This document shows positions 24,680-36,639 of a DNA stretch of 64,000 nucleotides, in pieces. Origin of the DNA: Isurus oxyrinchus (lineage: Eukaryota). Location of the stretch: assembly GCA_026770705.1 (NCBI GenBank), contig JANJGN010000038.1, positions 10,292,001 to 10,356,000 of the forward strand. Direction: 5' to 3'. Both the position numbers and the translations under genes were made by a program. How positions within the stretch are numbered: the stretch's first letter is position 1; the number at the start of each line of letters is the position of its first letter. The notes under the pieces were generated by a model. The model worked only from the letters and a program-made list of their open reading frames with translations, did not search any database and had not been told where the DNA came from.

Positions 24680-25260
24680 ACATTTCGAAAAGGCCATAGG
24701 GAGTAATAATTGATTAGGATCGATACATGGATTTAATGAGAGAGCAGGGTCATGGGAATATTTTTGAATGAATACTGTGCTGCAATGCGAATGACGGGCA
24801 GTGCCAATTATTTTGGATTGATATTAGCCTATAGTAAGAAGAAAGAAAATGGTGAACTATTTTGGATTGGTACAGTCTTATTGTGAGGAAAAAAAAAGAT
24901 CAGTGTGAGATATTTCGGATTGCCGGAGGCTTACACTTAGAAAAAAGGGTAGAGTGAATTGTTCCAGGTTCGTACCATGTTGAAGCGAATTGCTAGGCAA
25001 TGTGAAATGTTTTGATCTGAGACAGGCATGTAATTAGAGAGCTGAGCTGTATGAATGCCCGTTGGATTTATACAGGGCTGGAGTGAAAAGGCAGCAATGT
25101 GTGAATTTCAAGGATTCTTTTACCATAGGGACATGGACGAAACAGTGAATGATTTTCGATGCATTCAGGCCTGTAGTGAGAGGGTAGGGCCGACAAAATT
25201 GTTTTGGGATGATACAGGGCCACGGTGATAGAGTAACGCACTGTGAACAATTTGGCTTTC
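24680..25260. repeat. Degenerate ~45-50 bp minisatellite
   Basis: Recurrent gtgaa.t.ttttggattgatacag..ctgtagtgagag.. units. Confidence 0.55.
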
Positions 25261-25339
25261 TGCATTCGTATGTTCACATTGGGTAATCATATCATAACGT
25301 TACCAAGACATTTGGAGACAGAAGGAATTCATTCAATCC

Positions 25340-26200
25340 TTCACAAACATTCAGGATCTCTGAAGCACAATTCAGTCAGTCTCCTCCTCCCCATTTTATC
25401 TCAGTGGTCCTTCACGTTTATTTCCGTTAAGTAGCTATCACATTACCATTTGAAATCACGAGTCATCTCCGTTTCCACCACAATTGTAGGCAGCACTTTG
25501 AGGTCGTGACCACTCGCTGCATAAACACTTTTGTTCATCACGTGCTGCCAGCACATTTTGCACGGTCCTTAAAACGTTGCACCCAAGCAACTTTACGATC
25601 GGTAACTGGGAACATATTTTCTGCTATCTACCTTATCTCAACCCGTTTAATCTAGGAAGTTTCTACCAAACATCTCGTCAATTCCCTTTCCTCCGATGAA
25701 AACAACCCAAGCTCCACTCACTGAACATTGCTGCCAAGGCGCCGCATCCCTGTTAACATTCGAGTAAATCTCCTCTACACTGCATAAAGTACACACACAT
25801 TTTATCTGGTGCATGGTGACCAGAAACGGACACAGCAATTTAATTGTGGTCTAACCAGAGTGTAAATTGTTTCAGCACAGCTTCCTCGTATTTATGCTCA
25901 ATTTCTCGATTTATGTATTCGAAAATTCCAAAGCCTGTTGTAACAATACTTTCAACATGTCATGGCACCTTCGAATATCAATTCACATGGACCGTCAGGT
26001 CCCTCTGTCCTTGCGCACTGTTTAGAACCTTAACATTAAATGGATATTGTTCCTCACTGGCCATTTTACTAAATCTAGCATTTCCTGGGTTAGGTCCCAT
26101 CTGCCACTTTGATTCAGCTGCTGTCGACTTTTGAAATTGGAACTCCTCTTCCTACCTCTTTCCAACATTCTGGTATGTCAGAGTCCTCGTAGTATTGCCT
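25340..26200 (-). mobile_element. Degraded CR1 LINE 3' part
   Basis: Inverted CR1 3' motifs (..ccattttgaaatc..tctcc.tttccaccac..gaccactcgctgc..gaccagaaacggacacag..gtggtctaacc..ccatctgccac). Confidence 0.5.
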
Positions 26201-26419
26201 ATGAAATAGGTTAAATGTTGGGTTTCTAGTTTGATCTAAAACTAGCATTGCCTTCTTCATGTTGTTTCTCGCTTTTATTCCAGTAATTGGGTGAGCACAG
26301 GCTTGGCCAATTTAGTTTAAATTATTCGCAACTACACTAGCTGTGCAACAATACTGGTCACAGCTCTGTTGTTTTGCATATCGTCCCTACTGAACAAGTG
26401 CCTAAAACTGATTCGCCCA

Positions 26420-27640
26420 CCCCCCCCCCCACCCCACATGACCACCCGCTCCGCTTCCCACACTTCTCTGATGAATCTGTACTGCTCCATGTTGAGCGCC
26501 ACTTGTAAGAAAGACTAAGAGTTGCAAGGTCCCAGATTGAACTCAGGGGGCTTCAGTGTCCATCACCAAGTGTGTCTCCGAAGCAGCAATATATATTGAC
26601 CTGGCTGCATGCCCAAGGGAACACCTACCAGATTTTGCCTGTAGTAGGTGGTGAGAGAGCCAAAAATAGGGAAGAACACAAGTTACCTGATCATAAGTAA
26701 ACTACCTGTAGCGGATGCACCTGTCCACCATAGTATTGGGAGAAGCCTCCAGTACACATCTGTATAAACATGAAAACCATCACACTGTCGTGCTGTGTGG
26801 CGCTACCATTGTGCTAAATCAAATCAAGAAAATCAAAGCCAGATTTCCGTTAGGTGCAGTGAGCCATCAGCAGCAGTAGCATTGTATCAATTCTTAGTTT
26901 GTAAACTCATGGCCCGTTATATCCCTCACTTTGACATTACCAAAAGATGAAGGGATCAATTCTGACAAAGTGAAGGGTGTAGAACAGCATGCCAGGGGCA
27001 CAAGGGACATAAAAACGAGGTGTCGACCTGGTGAAGTAAAAAAAAACCAGAAACCTTGGCATGCCAAGCAACTGAAAAAGCATGTGATTGACAGCACTAA
27101 AATATCCTACCAACAATTGGTCAAACAAAAGATCTGCAATCCTTCCACATCCAATCATGAATAGCGGTGGGCAATAGAAGAATAAAGAGAAACAGGATAT
27201 TCCACAAATATCCCTAACCCTAAAGATGGGTGAGTCCAGCATATCGGGGCAGAAAGAGATGGCTGAAGGACTTTAATTAACTTTCAGCCAGAACTCCCGA
27301 GTGGAAGATCCATCTCAGACTCCACCTGAGGTCTCCATCGTCCTCACCGAATTCGATTGATTCCAGTTAATATTACAGGCAATTGAGTACAACAAATGCC
27401 ACAAAGGCAATGGGCCCGATAAAAGAGCCGGCTGTAGAATTGAAGATTAGTGCTTCAGAACAAGCCGACTCAATTTCCGACTTCAGTACATCTTAGAAAG
27501 CTGGCAATGACTCAAATAATTGGAAGCTGCCCAAATATGACCTGTCCAGAGAAGGAAGGAAAAATCCAGTCCGGTCAACTATCGCCACATTAGTCTACAT
27601 TGCATTACAAGAAAAGTGATGGAAAGTCTCGCCATTTTTG
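26420..27640 (+). mobile_element. HER1-like LINE, endonuclease-to-RT fragments
   Basis: ..ctgatgaatctgtactgctccatgttgagcgccactt.. ggggcttcagtgtccatcaccaag (GDFNVHH-like); later KAMGPD, WKxAQ..PV, KSSPVNYR.ISL motifs at 27.4-27.6 kb. Confidence 0.65.
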
Positions 27641-28404
27641 TTAATGGTTGGTCGAAAGTCATTCATGTGAAAGGCGCTGTGCTTCAAGAAGCGCTTCGTG
27701 GTATCTTTGTAACGTTTTCCCTGTCCTTCCCTGAAACGTTGGCTACTTAAGTGGTGGAAAATTTAGAGAATGTGGTGTGGGGTCGATTTCCTCGAGGCAT
27801 GAGCATAAATTTGAAATGAATAATAGTTCATTGCAGTATTAATGGAGAGATGCGCTGATTGAAGTTCAGCCAGTCGGGTGGCATCTAAAACTTAAGCAAT
27901 TTTCACGATCCCAGGTGGATGCAACAAACATGATGTGGAGCAATTTGGCTTGGAGGTGCTTTATATAAATTAAAAATATTCTATTTTTGCCCATAGCTTC
28001 GGTCGCGTTGAGCAAAACCATGTTGCCATGGACTGTGCATTGACCAAGTAATCTATTAATACTGAAACATACACAAAAGTATCGGAGTGCATGTGTGTAA
28101 AAGTACAAAGATTGGTCAGAGGGGAATATGATATTCTAACGATAATAGAAATCTACCACAATATGTGGCGTGACTGACAGTTTCATATTCCTGTTTGCAA
28201 TGCATTTTGAATCATTCTTTTTAACTCTTTGCAAAGTAAACTCCTCTCACCTTCCCACTGTTCTGCGAGTGATGGAACATCCCAGGTAGTGTGGCAGCTC
28301 AAGTATGATTTATCAGCTCCCAGCAGTTGGGTTATGTGTTTGTTATGAGGAGGAAATTCTTACTAGGACTGAAATATTGTCTCCACTCAATACTGATACC
28401 ACCA

Positions 28405-29030
28405 TTTTTTATTTATCCCTGCGATATAGCCCTGGGTGGCAAGGTCAATCTTTATTGCGAATTGCTAATTTTCTTTAGAATTTCGTGGTGAGCTGCCTTC
28501 TTGAGCCCCTTCAGTCCATGTGCGCTATCTTCATCCATAATGCTAGAAGGCAGGAATTTTCACAGTTTGACCAATTGATGAAAGCTATTTCAAGTTTCGA
28601 GCGTGAGTGAGATGCAGCTGCTCGTGTTTCCACGTGCCTGTTACCTTTGTTTCCCAAGACAGTAAAACCCGAAGTTTCGAAGGTGTAGTTACAGAATACC
28701 TGATAAGTTGATTCTTTTTTTCTTGGAATGTGGGCATCGTGCAGAAGGCCACATTTGTTGTCAATTTGAGCACAGTAAAGAGGCAGACATTTTACTGTGG
28801 GTCTGCAGCCACATATAGGTCAGATCGGGTAAGGACGGCACATTGTCTTCCCTACAGGACATTAGTGAAGCCAATAGGTGTTCGCAACAATCGAAGACCG
28901 TTTTCGTGGGCACAGTTACCGAGACGAGCTTGATACTCCAATCGCATTATTTTAATTAGCTGCCATGTTATGATTTAAAACAATGTCACAAAGGTATGTG
29001 CCTCGGCCTCAGGATCACCCTATCACACTG
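28405..29030 (-). mobile_element. Degraded HER1/HE1-like LINE tail plus SINE body
   Basis: tttattgc..taatt..gtggtgagctgccttcttgagc..cagtccatgtg; then ggtaaggacggcacattgtcttccctacaggacattagtgaa. Confidence 0.5.
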
Positions 29031-29239
29031 CCCCTAATGTTGATGTAGGGTGTTCGACTATCGCAATTACATTAAATTCCAAGGGGAAGATGTTTGACGT
29101 CCTCATCCTGGAATTGGTAAAATTCTGCTGTATCCTTCCTGAATACATTCTGCACACCTGGATCCCTTGTTACAGGTTAGAATCACAAAATACTGTTCAT
29201 TGTCGCTATAAACATATAATACTGCTGAAAAAGACCAGT

Positions 29240-29600
29240 CCAGAGTGGTAGATATTGCGCACAACTGGACCTGCACACACTGAATGTAACCGTACTGAAG
29301 TAGCAATGTGCACTCTAAACCTAACTACGATGATTTTAAGGTGGTCTCATTGCTTGCAATACTGATGAATTGGGATTGTTAACATTGAATCTAATGAGTT
29401 TGAACTGGAGTAGCCCACGCCGGCAGTAACTGTATATAACTGAACCAGTCCCCTTTGAAAATCGGTGTCGAGAAATGACATTTGCACATTGAGAATTACT
29501 GTGCAGACCTGAGTCATTTCACACTCATTATAGACCAGCAGGCCCCGTCTTTGTGGAAAACAATCATACATAAATTGAGCATTTCACACTTGAAGGAAAC
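29240..29600. repeat. Degenerate tandem array (distal half) upstream of gene 2
   Basis: aactggacctgcacacactgaatgtaaccg-type units; same family as 18255-19200 (inverted) and 31890-32350. Confidence 0.45.
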
Positions 29601-29619
29601 CATGTCGATGAAATCAGTG

Positions 29620-31187
29620 CGAGAGTGAGAGAGGGATATTGGCTCAGAAAATCTAGATGTAGATGCAACCTGGGTGGAGCTAAGAAGCAACAATGAGTGG
29701 AAAAGATCACTTATCTTTAGACATCCAGACAGCAGTGTCGACATAGGGGACGGCATAAAACAGGAACTTGGACTTGCATGTAACAAGGGTGCTACAGAAA
29801 TCATGAGTGACTTTTAACTACATATAGAGTGTGCAAACCAAATTAGCAATAATAAAATTGCGAATGGATTCCTGTAGTGTGGACGAAATGTTTTTTTCCG
29901 GACTCGTATGTCGAGGAACGGACTGGGGATCAGGCTAACCTAGATTTGGTATAGTGAAATGAGATGCATTAAATTAATAATCTTGTTGTGTGGGGTCTTT
30001 TGGGGAACATTGACCATAACATGATAGAATTCTTCATTGGAATGGAAAGTGAAGTAGTCTGGTCTGAAACGAGGGTGCTAAATCTTACAAAGGAATCGAC
30101 AAATTTAGGAGCTTTGAGTTGGCTAAGATCGATTGGAGTACTTTATTAAAAGGAAAGATGGTGTGTAGACAAAGACCAATGATTAAGGAACGAGTACATA
30201 CATTTCAAATGTTATACTTTCTTTTCTGGCCCAAAAGAGCAAGACAGTAAAAGCGGCCCAACCATGGGTAAAAAAATAAATTAAGGATAGCTTTAGATCC
30301 AAAGAGGAGTCGTATGAAGTTGCTAGAAAATTTAACAAGCCTAACGATTGGGAACAGTTTAGAACTCAGCAAAGGACGACCAAGAATTCGAATAAGGGGG
30401 GAAAATATTGGATGAGGATAAATTTGCAAATAACATAAAAACGGTCATTAACAGCATCTATAAATATTTTTAAAAAAACCTTACAGTCTGAAACGGGAGA
30501 CTTTATAACAGAACAATTACTTTTGCTCGGTCTTCACGTAGGGAGACATAAATAGCTTCACAGAAATACAATGGAATCTCGGGTCCATTGAGAAGCAAGA
30601 ATTCAACGAAATTAATGTTACTAACACAATTGTGCTGGAGAAATTAATCGGACTGGAAGCCAATCAATCCGCATGCCTGATAATATAGGTCTTGTGGTAC
30701 TAAAGGAGGTGGCCATGTAAATAGTGAGTGTAGTGGTTGTCATCTTCCAAAATTATGTAGATTCTGCAACAGTCCCGGCAGATTGCAGGGTGTTATTTTG
30801 AAAAGGAGTGAGGGAGAAAACAGCGAATTGCAGACCTGTTAGCCGAACTTCAATAGTAGGGAAAATGCTAGAGTCTATTGTAGAGTATGTGATAACAGGA
30901 CTCTTTAAACTTATCAATGGGTTGAGACAAAGCTAACATGTATCTATCAAAGGAAATCATGTTTAACAAACCTACTGGAGTTTTAAAGGACGTAATCTGC
31001 AAAAAGGATAAGGGAGAACCAGTGGCTGTGCTGTAGTTGGATTATCAGAAAGCCTTTGACAAAGACCCAAAGTTAGCGTGTAAAATTAAAGACAGGAAAG
31101 AAAGCAGGAATAATTCGGTCTTTTTTGGAGGGGCAGGCAGTGACGAGTGGACTAACAGGGATCAATGCTTGGGCCCGAGCACTTTAC

Positions 31188-31264
<77 letters not shown>

Positions 31265-31850
31265 CTGCAGCTGTGCATGGTCATTGTGAGATCACACCTG
31301 GAGTAGTGTTTGCAGTTCTGGTCCCCTTACCTAAGAAAGGATATACCTACCGTAGAGGGAGTTCAGGCAAGGTTCATCAGGCTGTTTTCTGGCCTGGCAG
31401 AATTATAGTATGAGGAGAGCTTGGGCCGGCTAGGCCTTTATTCATTGGAGAACAGAAGAATGAGAGGTGATCGCATTGAAACATATGAAACTCTGACAGG
31501 AATGTACAGACTGGATGCGGGGATGATAATTCCTCTGGCTCGGGCGTCTAGAACAAGGGGTCACCGACTCAGGATACGGGTTAGACCATTTAGGACTGAG
31601 ATGAGGAGAAACGTCTTCAATCAGAAGGTGGCGAACATTTGGAATTCTCTAGCACAGAAGGCTTTGGAGGTCAAGTCACTGGATATATTTAAGAAGTAAA
31701 TAAGTAGACCACTAGCCTTCAAACGCATCAAGGGGTGTGGGGAGAGAGCCGGTCTAAGGCGTTCAGATAGAGGATCAGCCATCATCAAACTGAATGGCGG
31801 AGCAAGCTCGAAGGGCTCGAAGGAGTAATCATACTCCTATTTTCAATATT
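29620..31850 (+). mobile_element. CR1 LINE (EN-RT-3'UTR), degraded and internally deleted
   Basis: EN remnants (IMSDF, DHNMIEF), NCRPVS.TSIVGKMLESIV, DYQKAFDK, then LGLYSLENRRMRGDRIETY..TRGHRLRIRVRPFRTEMRRNVFNQKVANIWNSL. Confidence 0.85.
31188..31264. repeat. (TA)n microsatellite
   Basis: Directly visible; lies at an internal deletion point of the CR1 copy. Confidence 0.95.
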
Positions 31851-31889
31851 TTGGTGGACATTTTTTTCCAGACACTGAAAGTAAGCATG

Positions 31890-32350
31890 AGGAATTAACT
31901 ACCTGCACAAGGTTTGTAACACTGCTTCACATGTGCACATTGAAGATAGCAGTTAAAATGGGGCCTGTCCATATTCAATGCAAGATGACTGAACTGGGCC
32001 TTTGCAGACTTAGTGCAGCCGTGCATAATCTCGTCTGGCGCCACGGAAAGCAATTTACGGGAAATGGATGTGCACACTTACCCTTCCTTATCCGTCATGA
32101 ATGAATGTAACGTGGCAGAAATGGAGCCTCGACACATCACATAACCATTCCGAACTGGAGCGGTCCACATTAACTAGAATTGTGCTCAACTGGACCTCCG
32201 TTTACGGAGTTTAAGCGTACTCTCTATAATTATGCATAATTAACGCATAAGCGCTTGATTGCATCTGACCAAATAAAACGTAGCCGTTCACAGCTACACA
32301 GCTATGCACACTCACTAGAGTTGGATTTGACATGTCTGCAATGAACCTAA
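31890..32350. repeat. Degenerate tandem array (proximal half) upstream of gene 2
   Basis: tgtgcacattgaa / aactgggcc / tgtgcacact / taaccattccgaactggagcggtccaca units. Confidence 0.5.
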
Positions 32351-32764
32351 CTGAAGTGGAATAATCCACACTGCAAGAAGCCGGACAGAAGAGGATTTGA
32401 GTACTTTAAAGCTAAAGGTGATGAGTTGAACATTTCCACACCAAATGCAAACAAGCTTATGTGAATGAGACAGAAAATGCTGGAAATACGCAATAGACCA
32501 TTCAGCATCTGTGGAGAGAAAACGGTAAAAGTTCAGATCCATGACTTTACATCGAAGTTGGGGAATAGGGAGCAATGGAAGAGTTTTTGTTTTCACTATA
32601 GCGGCGGGAAACGGTTGTGGTAAAGGGCTGATGATAAAGAAACATCAATGTAGGTTTGTGTTAATGTGGAAGACAGAAGGGCACTTTGTGAGGATGTTCC
32701 GTCAGAACAATGTCAGTGACCTTGAAGAGCTTTCTACTCTGTCAAAATAAAAACAATTTCCTGA

Positions 32765-32860
32765 CAGCTGCAGCACGAGCATCTTTGTTTCAATTTCAAT
32801 TATTGCAAAAGATCAAAGCGTCTAATTGTCTCCCTGGAGGCTGGCCTGACATATATATGT
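32765..32860 (+). promoter_or_regulatory. Proximal promoter of gene 2, homologous to the gene 1 promoter
   Basis: CAGCTG 32765; CAATTA 32797-32802; TAATTG 32823-32828 abutting tctccctggagg 32829-32840; TATA-like atatatat 32851-32858. Confidence 0.55.
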
Positions 32861-32908
32861 GACTGTCTTTAGTTGTGGTGCAGAACACACTCGCAGCTGG
32901 TGACAGAA

Positions 32909-35266
32909 ATGCATGGATTGCCAAAATGTCTGATTTTCATCATATACTATCCCGTCCTTGCAGCGATCAGGATTCCAGGTTAAGGATTTTGGTTTGCTAT
33001 GTTATTGAAATCATTGTTTAATCACTTTTCTTTGGTTTGCTTTCATTTTAGTGAATCGTTGTTCGTATTTAGCAGCTTTGCTTCTGCATGGTACGATATT
33101 CTTTCTCCCAATAAACAGAACAATCTATCAACATTACGCGACATCTTTCCACTTTATCAGCTCGACAATGTCACTTCTTTCCACTTCAAGGGAAATGTTT
33201 AATTTAATTCTCCATTTTAGCAACAAAATTGTTTTCTTTTACTGACATGATTAGTCGTCATCACATGTCGAGTCGCTCAAGTTTTTCCGTGTCATTTCTT
33301 CCCTTGTACATAATTTCTCCCCAACGCCAGAATAATAGTTCAGCAGTAACAATGCACTATCTTCCCTGAGCTAGTAATATTTAGTCAGTTTAATTGGACA
33401 CTTTCATCTGTTTACCTCCACCGTTCGAGGTTTCAGATGTTATTTTATTTTATGCTTGGTGTTTTTAAAAAAGGTTATGTATAACGCTGTTACCACTGAG
33501 GAAATGTTTTTCTGTTGTGTCAATGGCATTCTCATCGTGTGTGAATTATTACAGAGGAACTGTATCTGTATTATCTCATGCATTTCCCTTTCACCTATCG
33601 CTCCGATATGAACAGTATTTATCTGATAAATTTGTGCAGAATATTAAATGACTGGCCGAGAGTTTATTGTCTTAGCGGAAACCTGGCACCCTGGGCGGTG
33701 AAGACTTCTCAGGGAGCTGAAGTTGGTCTTGAATCCAGGATCTTTTGACTCCAAAGCTAGACGACTTTCAACTTAGCAGCAATTGAACCTTTAACTGTGT
33801 GTGGATTTCCTCACTGCTGTGAAAGACAGTTGTGTTCGCTGCAGGTCATCATAACTCAGGAGTTGTAGTTACCCTTTATTTCCATCCAAAGGAGTTTTTT
33901 TTCCCATTTTAGCTGTTTTCATTTGCTGGATTATGCCCACAGCAGCATCACTTTGTATTTAATTCCATTCGAAGCCATCTACTGAGTTTCTGTCAAATTA
34001 TTAGGTCGATTTAACATTGTGTCCCTTCTGTTTTCCAATGTTCTATCCTGTTCTTCTCTAAACAGCAAGCAAGAGGATACTTGATCGTTTTTCAATGAAC
34101 TGAGTAAAAATTCTGCAATTTGAATATTCACTATAGGGCCGAGCCCGCATTCTTCCTGTAAATCAGCACAGTATTGACGATTTGCTGTATTTTGGAATGA
34201 GTCTTTCTTTCTCCACTGGAGCATATAAGTCATAGGACTGAAATGGGAACATTGCTCTCTTTTCATGACCGATGCTGTATTTGTGAGTTTCTCAATATTT
34301 TCTGTTCTATATTCATTTGTCCCCACCGCAAATTTACTGGTTATATTCCTCTGTCACAGCTAATTTGGCAGTAATTGTGATCCTGTCTCGAGGAAGATGC
34401 GGTCTCACTGGATGTATCACATACTATCTGATGTCGTTGGCCGTGACGGATCTCCTGATCATGATCCTTGCTGTGATGTTAAACCGGATTGTAGGTACAT
34501 ATTTCCCATTTAGTTTCCTTTCCATCACTCTGGCCTTTGCTCTCAGTCTTTTGTTCATATATGGCGTCAAGGATTCTTCTGTCTGGGTGACAGTTGCTTT
34601 CACCTTTGATTGATTTGTAGCCATTTGTTGCCAGAAGCTGAAAACCAAATATTGCACCACGAAATCGGCAGCTGTGGTCATAGGAACTGTCTGCGTTGTG
34701 CATTGTGCTAAAAAATACCCTTGTACTTTGCTTGTGAACCTTCTGTTATCACGGACAATACACCCTAGTACTGCAAACTAAAGCCAATATTGTATTCATC
34801 ACCCGGATGGGTGGTACATGACAGCATAAATGCCGTTTTAACCCCTTGTCTCCTATTTGTTCTTATTTTGCTGCTCAATGTTCTGACGGTCAGGCACATT
34901 GTTGTGGCCAGTCGAGCCCGCAGAAGACTCCGAGCCCACAGCAAGAGCGAGAAACAAAGCGACCCAGAGATGGAGAAGAGGAGAAAGTCCATCGTTTTAC
35001 TCTTTGCCATCTCGGGAAATTTCATCCTGTTATATTTCCTCGCTCTTAAAACTTTCCTCTACGCACGAATTGCCAGCGTTAGTTATTTCGATGGCTCGAA
35101 TTTCAATCAATCAAATGTTATACTGGAGGAATGCAGACTTATGCTGCAGCTTTTAAGGTCCTGCATCAACCCGTTTATTTGTGCAGGTACCCAGAGTAAA
35201 TTCAGAGAGGAGTTAAAGAATGGCTTGAAATATCCATTGAGTCTGATTGTTAATTTATTTAAATGA
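32909..35266 (+). pseudogene. GPR139/GPR142-like GPCR gene 2, pseudogene (exon 1 32909-32978; exon 2 34360-35266)
   Basis: Exon 1 MHGLPKCLIFIIYYPVLAAIRIP+G|gttaag; acceptor gtcacag|C at 34360. Lesions: TGA at the DRY arginine (34611-34613), a -1 frameshift near 34710, and TAG for Trp at 34766-34768. Ends SCINPFICAGTQSKFREELKNGLKYPLSLIVNLFK*. Confidence 0.92.
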
Positions 35267-36236
35267 TGAAAGCAGTGAAATCCAACATGAATTCTACACA
35301 ATACCGAACAATTGTTGTTGTTTGTACATGTTCCATATGGCTTCCAGCCGCAGAAAAAGAGTTACCTCCTGCCTGACGTGTGAATTCAGAATAATATAAC
35401 TAACTCTGCATTTTTCCAGTTAGTTTTTATTTTTTGTCCCCTTTCCAGAACGGGCCTGGTACATTCCCAACTGCCCCTAAGGTCTCGGGGTGTCTCGATT
35501 TTCATGCAGGAGACAAAGTGTCCGACAAAAATGTGTAACTTGGCAACAAAGTTTCACCATTAAATGTAGGAACCTCGCTATCCCTCCTTCCTATGTTTTG
35601 GATCTTGATGGTAGATGGCGCCCTGAAATGGAAAGGAACACTGTCCCCATCCATTGTTCTACATTGAGCAGGCTCCGCTTCACACTTGAACTCGTTTTCC
35701 CATAAACATAGGAACAGGGAACTGAAGTGTTACAGACACAGATAAAGTAAACATTTTGTTCACCACTTCCATTTGGCAATGGAGGCGAAATCCGCAGGGT
35801 CATCATACAGTACAAGTCACATTGGCAACAATCTCCCCTTTTAAATGATTACTAATCGCAACTGGCCAGAACAAATAAAAAATGCCAAATTTAATGGAAA
35901 CATTATCTTCACCATCCACAATGCACTATAAGAGTTTATTGCCATCCTGATACAGAAACAGTAATTAGAATGAAATTGTGGGTTATGCTTCGCAATGACC
36001 CCATATCCCAATCGTGGGTAAATACTACACACTTACTATTATTTGAATTTTCCCGTGTCGTGACTTACAACCGCACAGAAAGTCTTAAGATTGAGCATTG
36101 CTCTCAGCAGAAAACCCAATCCAAGGCATTCATGCTGTGTACATATTATCACTCGTTATGTCTTCCAGTGATAGTTGAAACAGACCGATTGCCCTACACT
36201 TTATAAGAGCTTTGCATAAAGAATTATGTAGCCGAA

Positions 36237-36602
36237 AAATGCACATGTTGTAGAAACTTATGGTCTAGCACTCATCAGGACAATTTGCAAGAGTTGTGCC
36301 TATTTCAACTGATCAAAAGACGGGAGAACCAGTCTCTGGCTCATGCCCTCATGAAATGTCTTGACCAATCAGAGTCAACATACTTGATTTGAATGTAAAC
36401 AATGGTTGACAGTTAACTTCCATTCATCAAGTCACTATCGCATTCTCTATTGCAATGCCACAAGTGATCCGTTTTCACTCGCCAATCAATCATCACACTC
36501 TTCTTATGACGTTAAAAGTGTTGTTCCATTTGACTTTTTTCTTACTCTTGCGAATTGTCCTGATGAGTCCAAGATGAAAAGCTTCGAAAGCATGTGTATT
36601 TG
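36237..36602. mobile_element. Penelope-derived inverted-repeat element with hammerhead-like motifs at both ends
   Basis: 36237-36293 is the imperfect reverse complement of 36545-36602; the right arm reads ttgtc-CTGATGA-gtccaagat-GAAA-agct-tc-gaaag. The interior matches 43810-43980 in reverse. Confidence 0.65.
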
Positions 36603-36639
36603 ATCAGCACTCTCACATTCTGTTCTACCAAACAACGAG

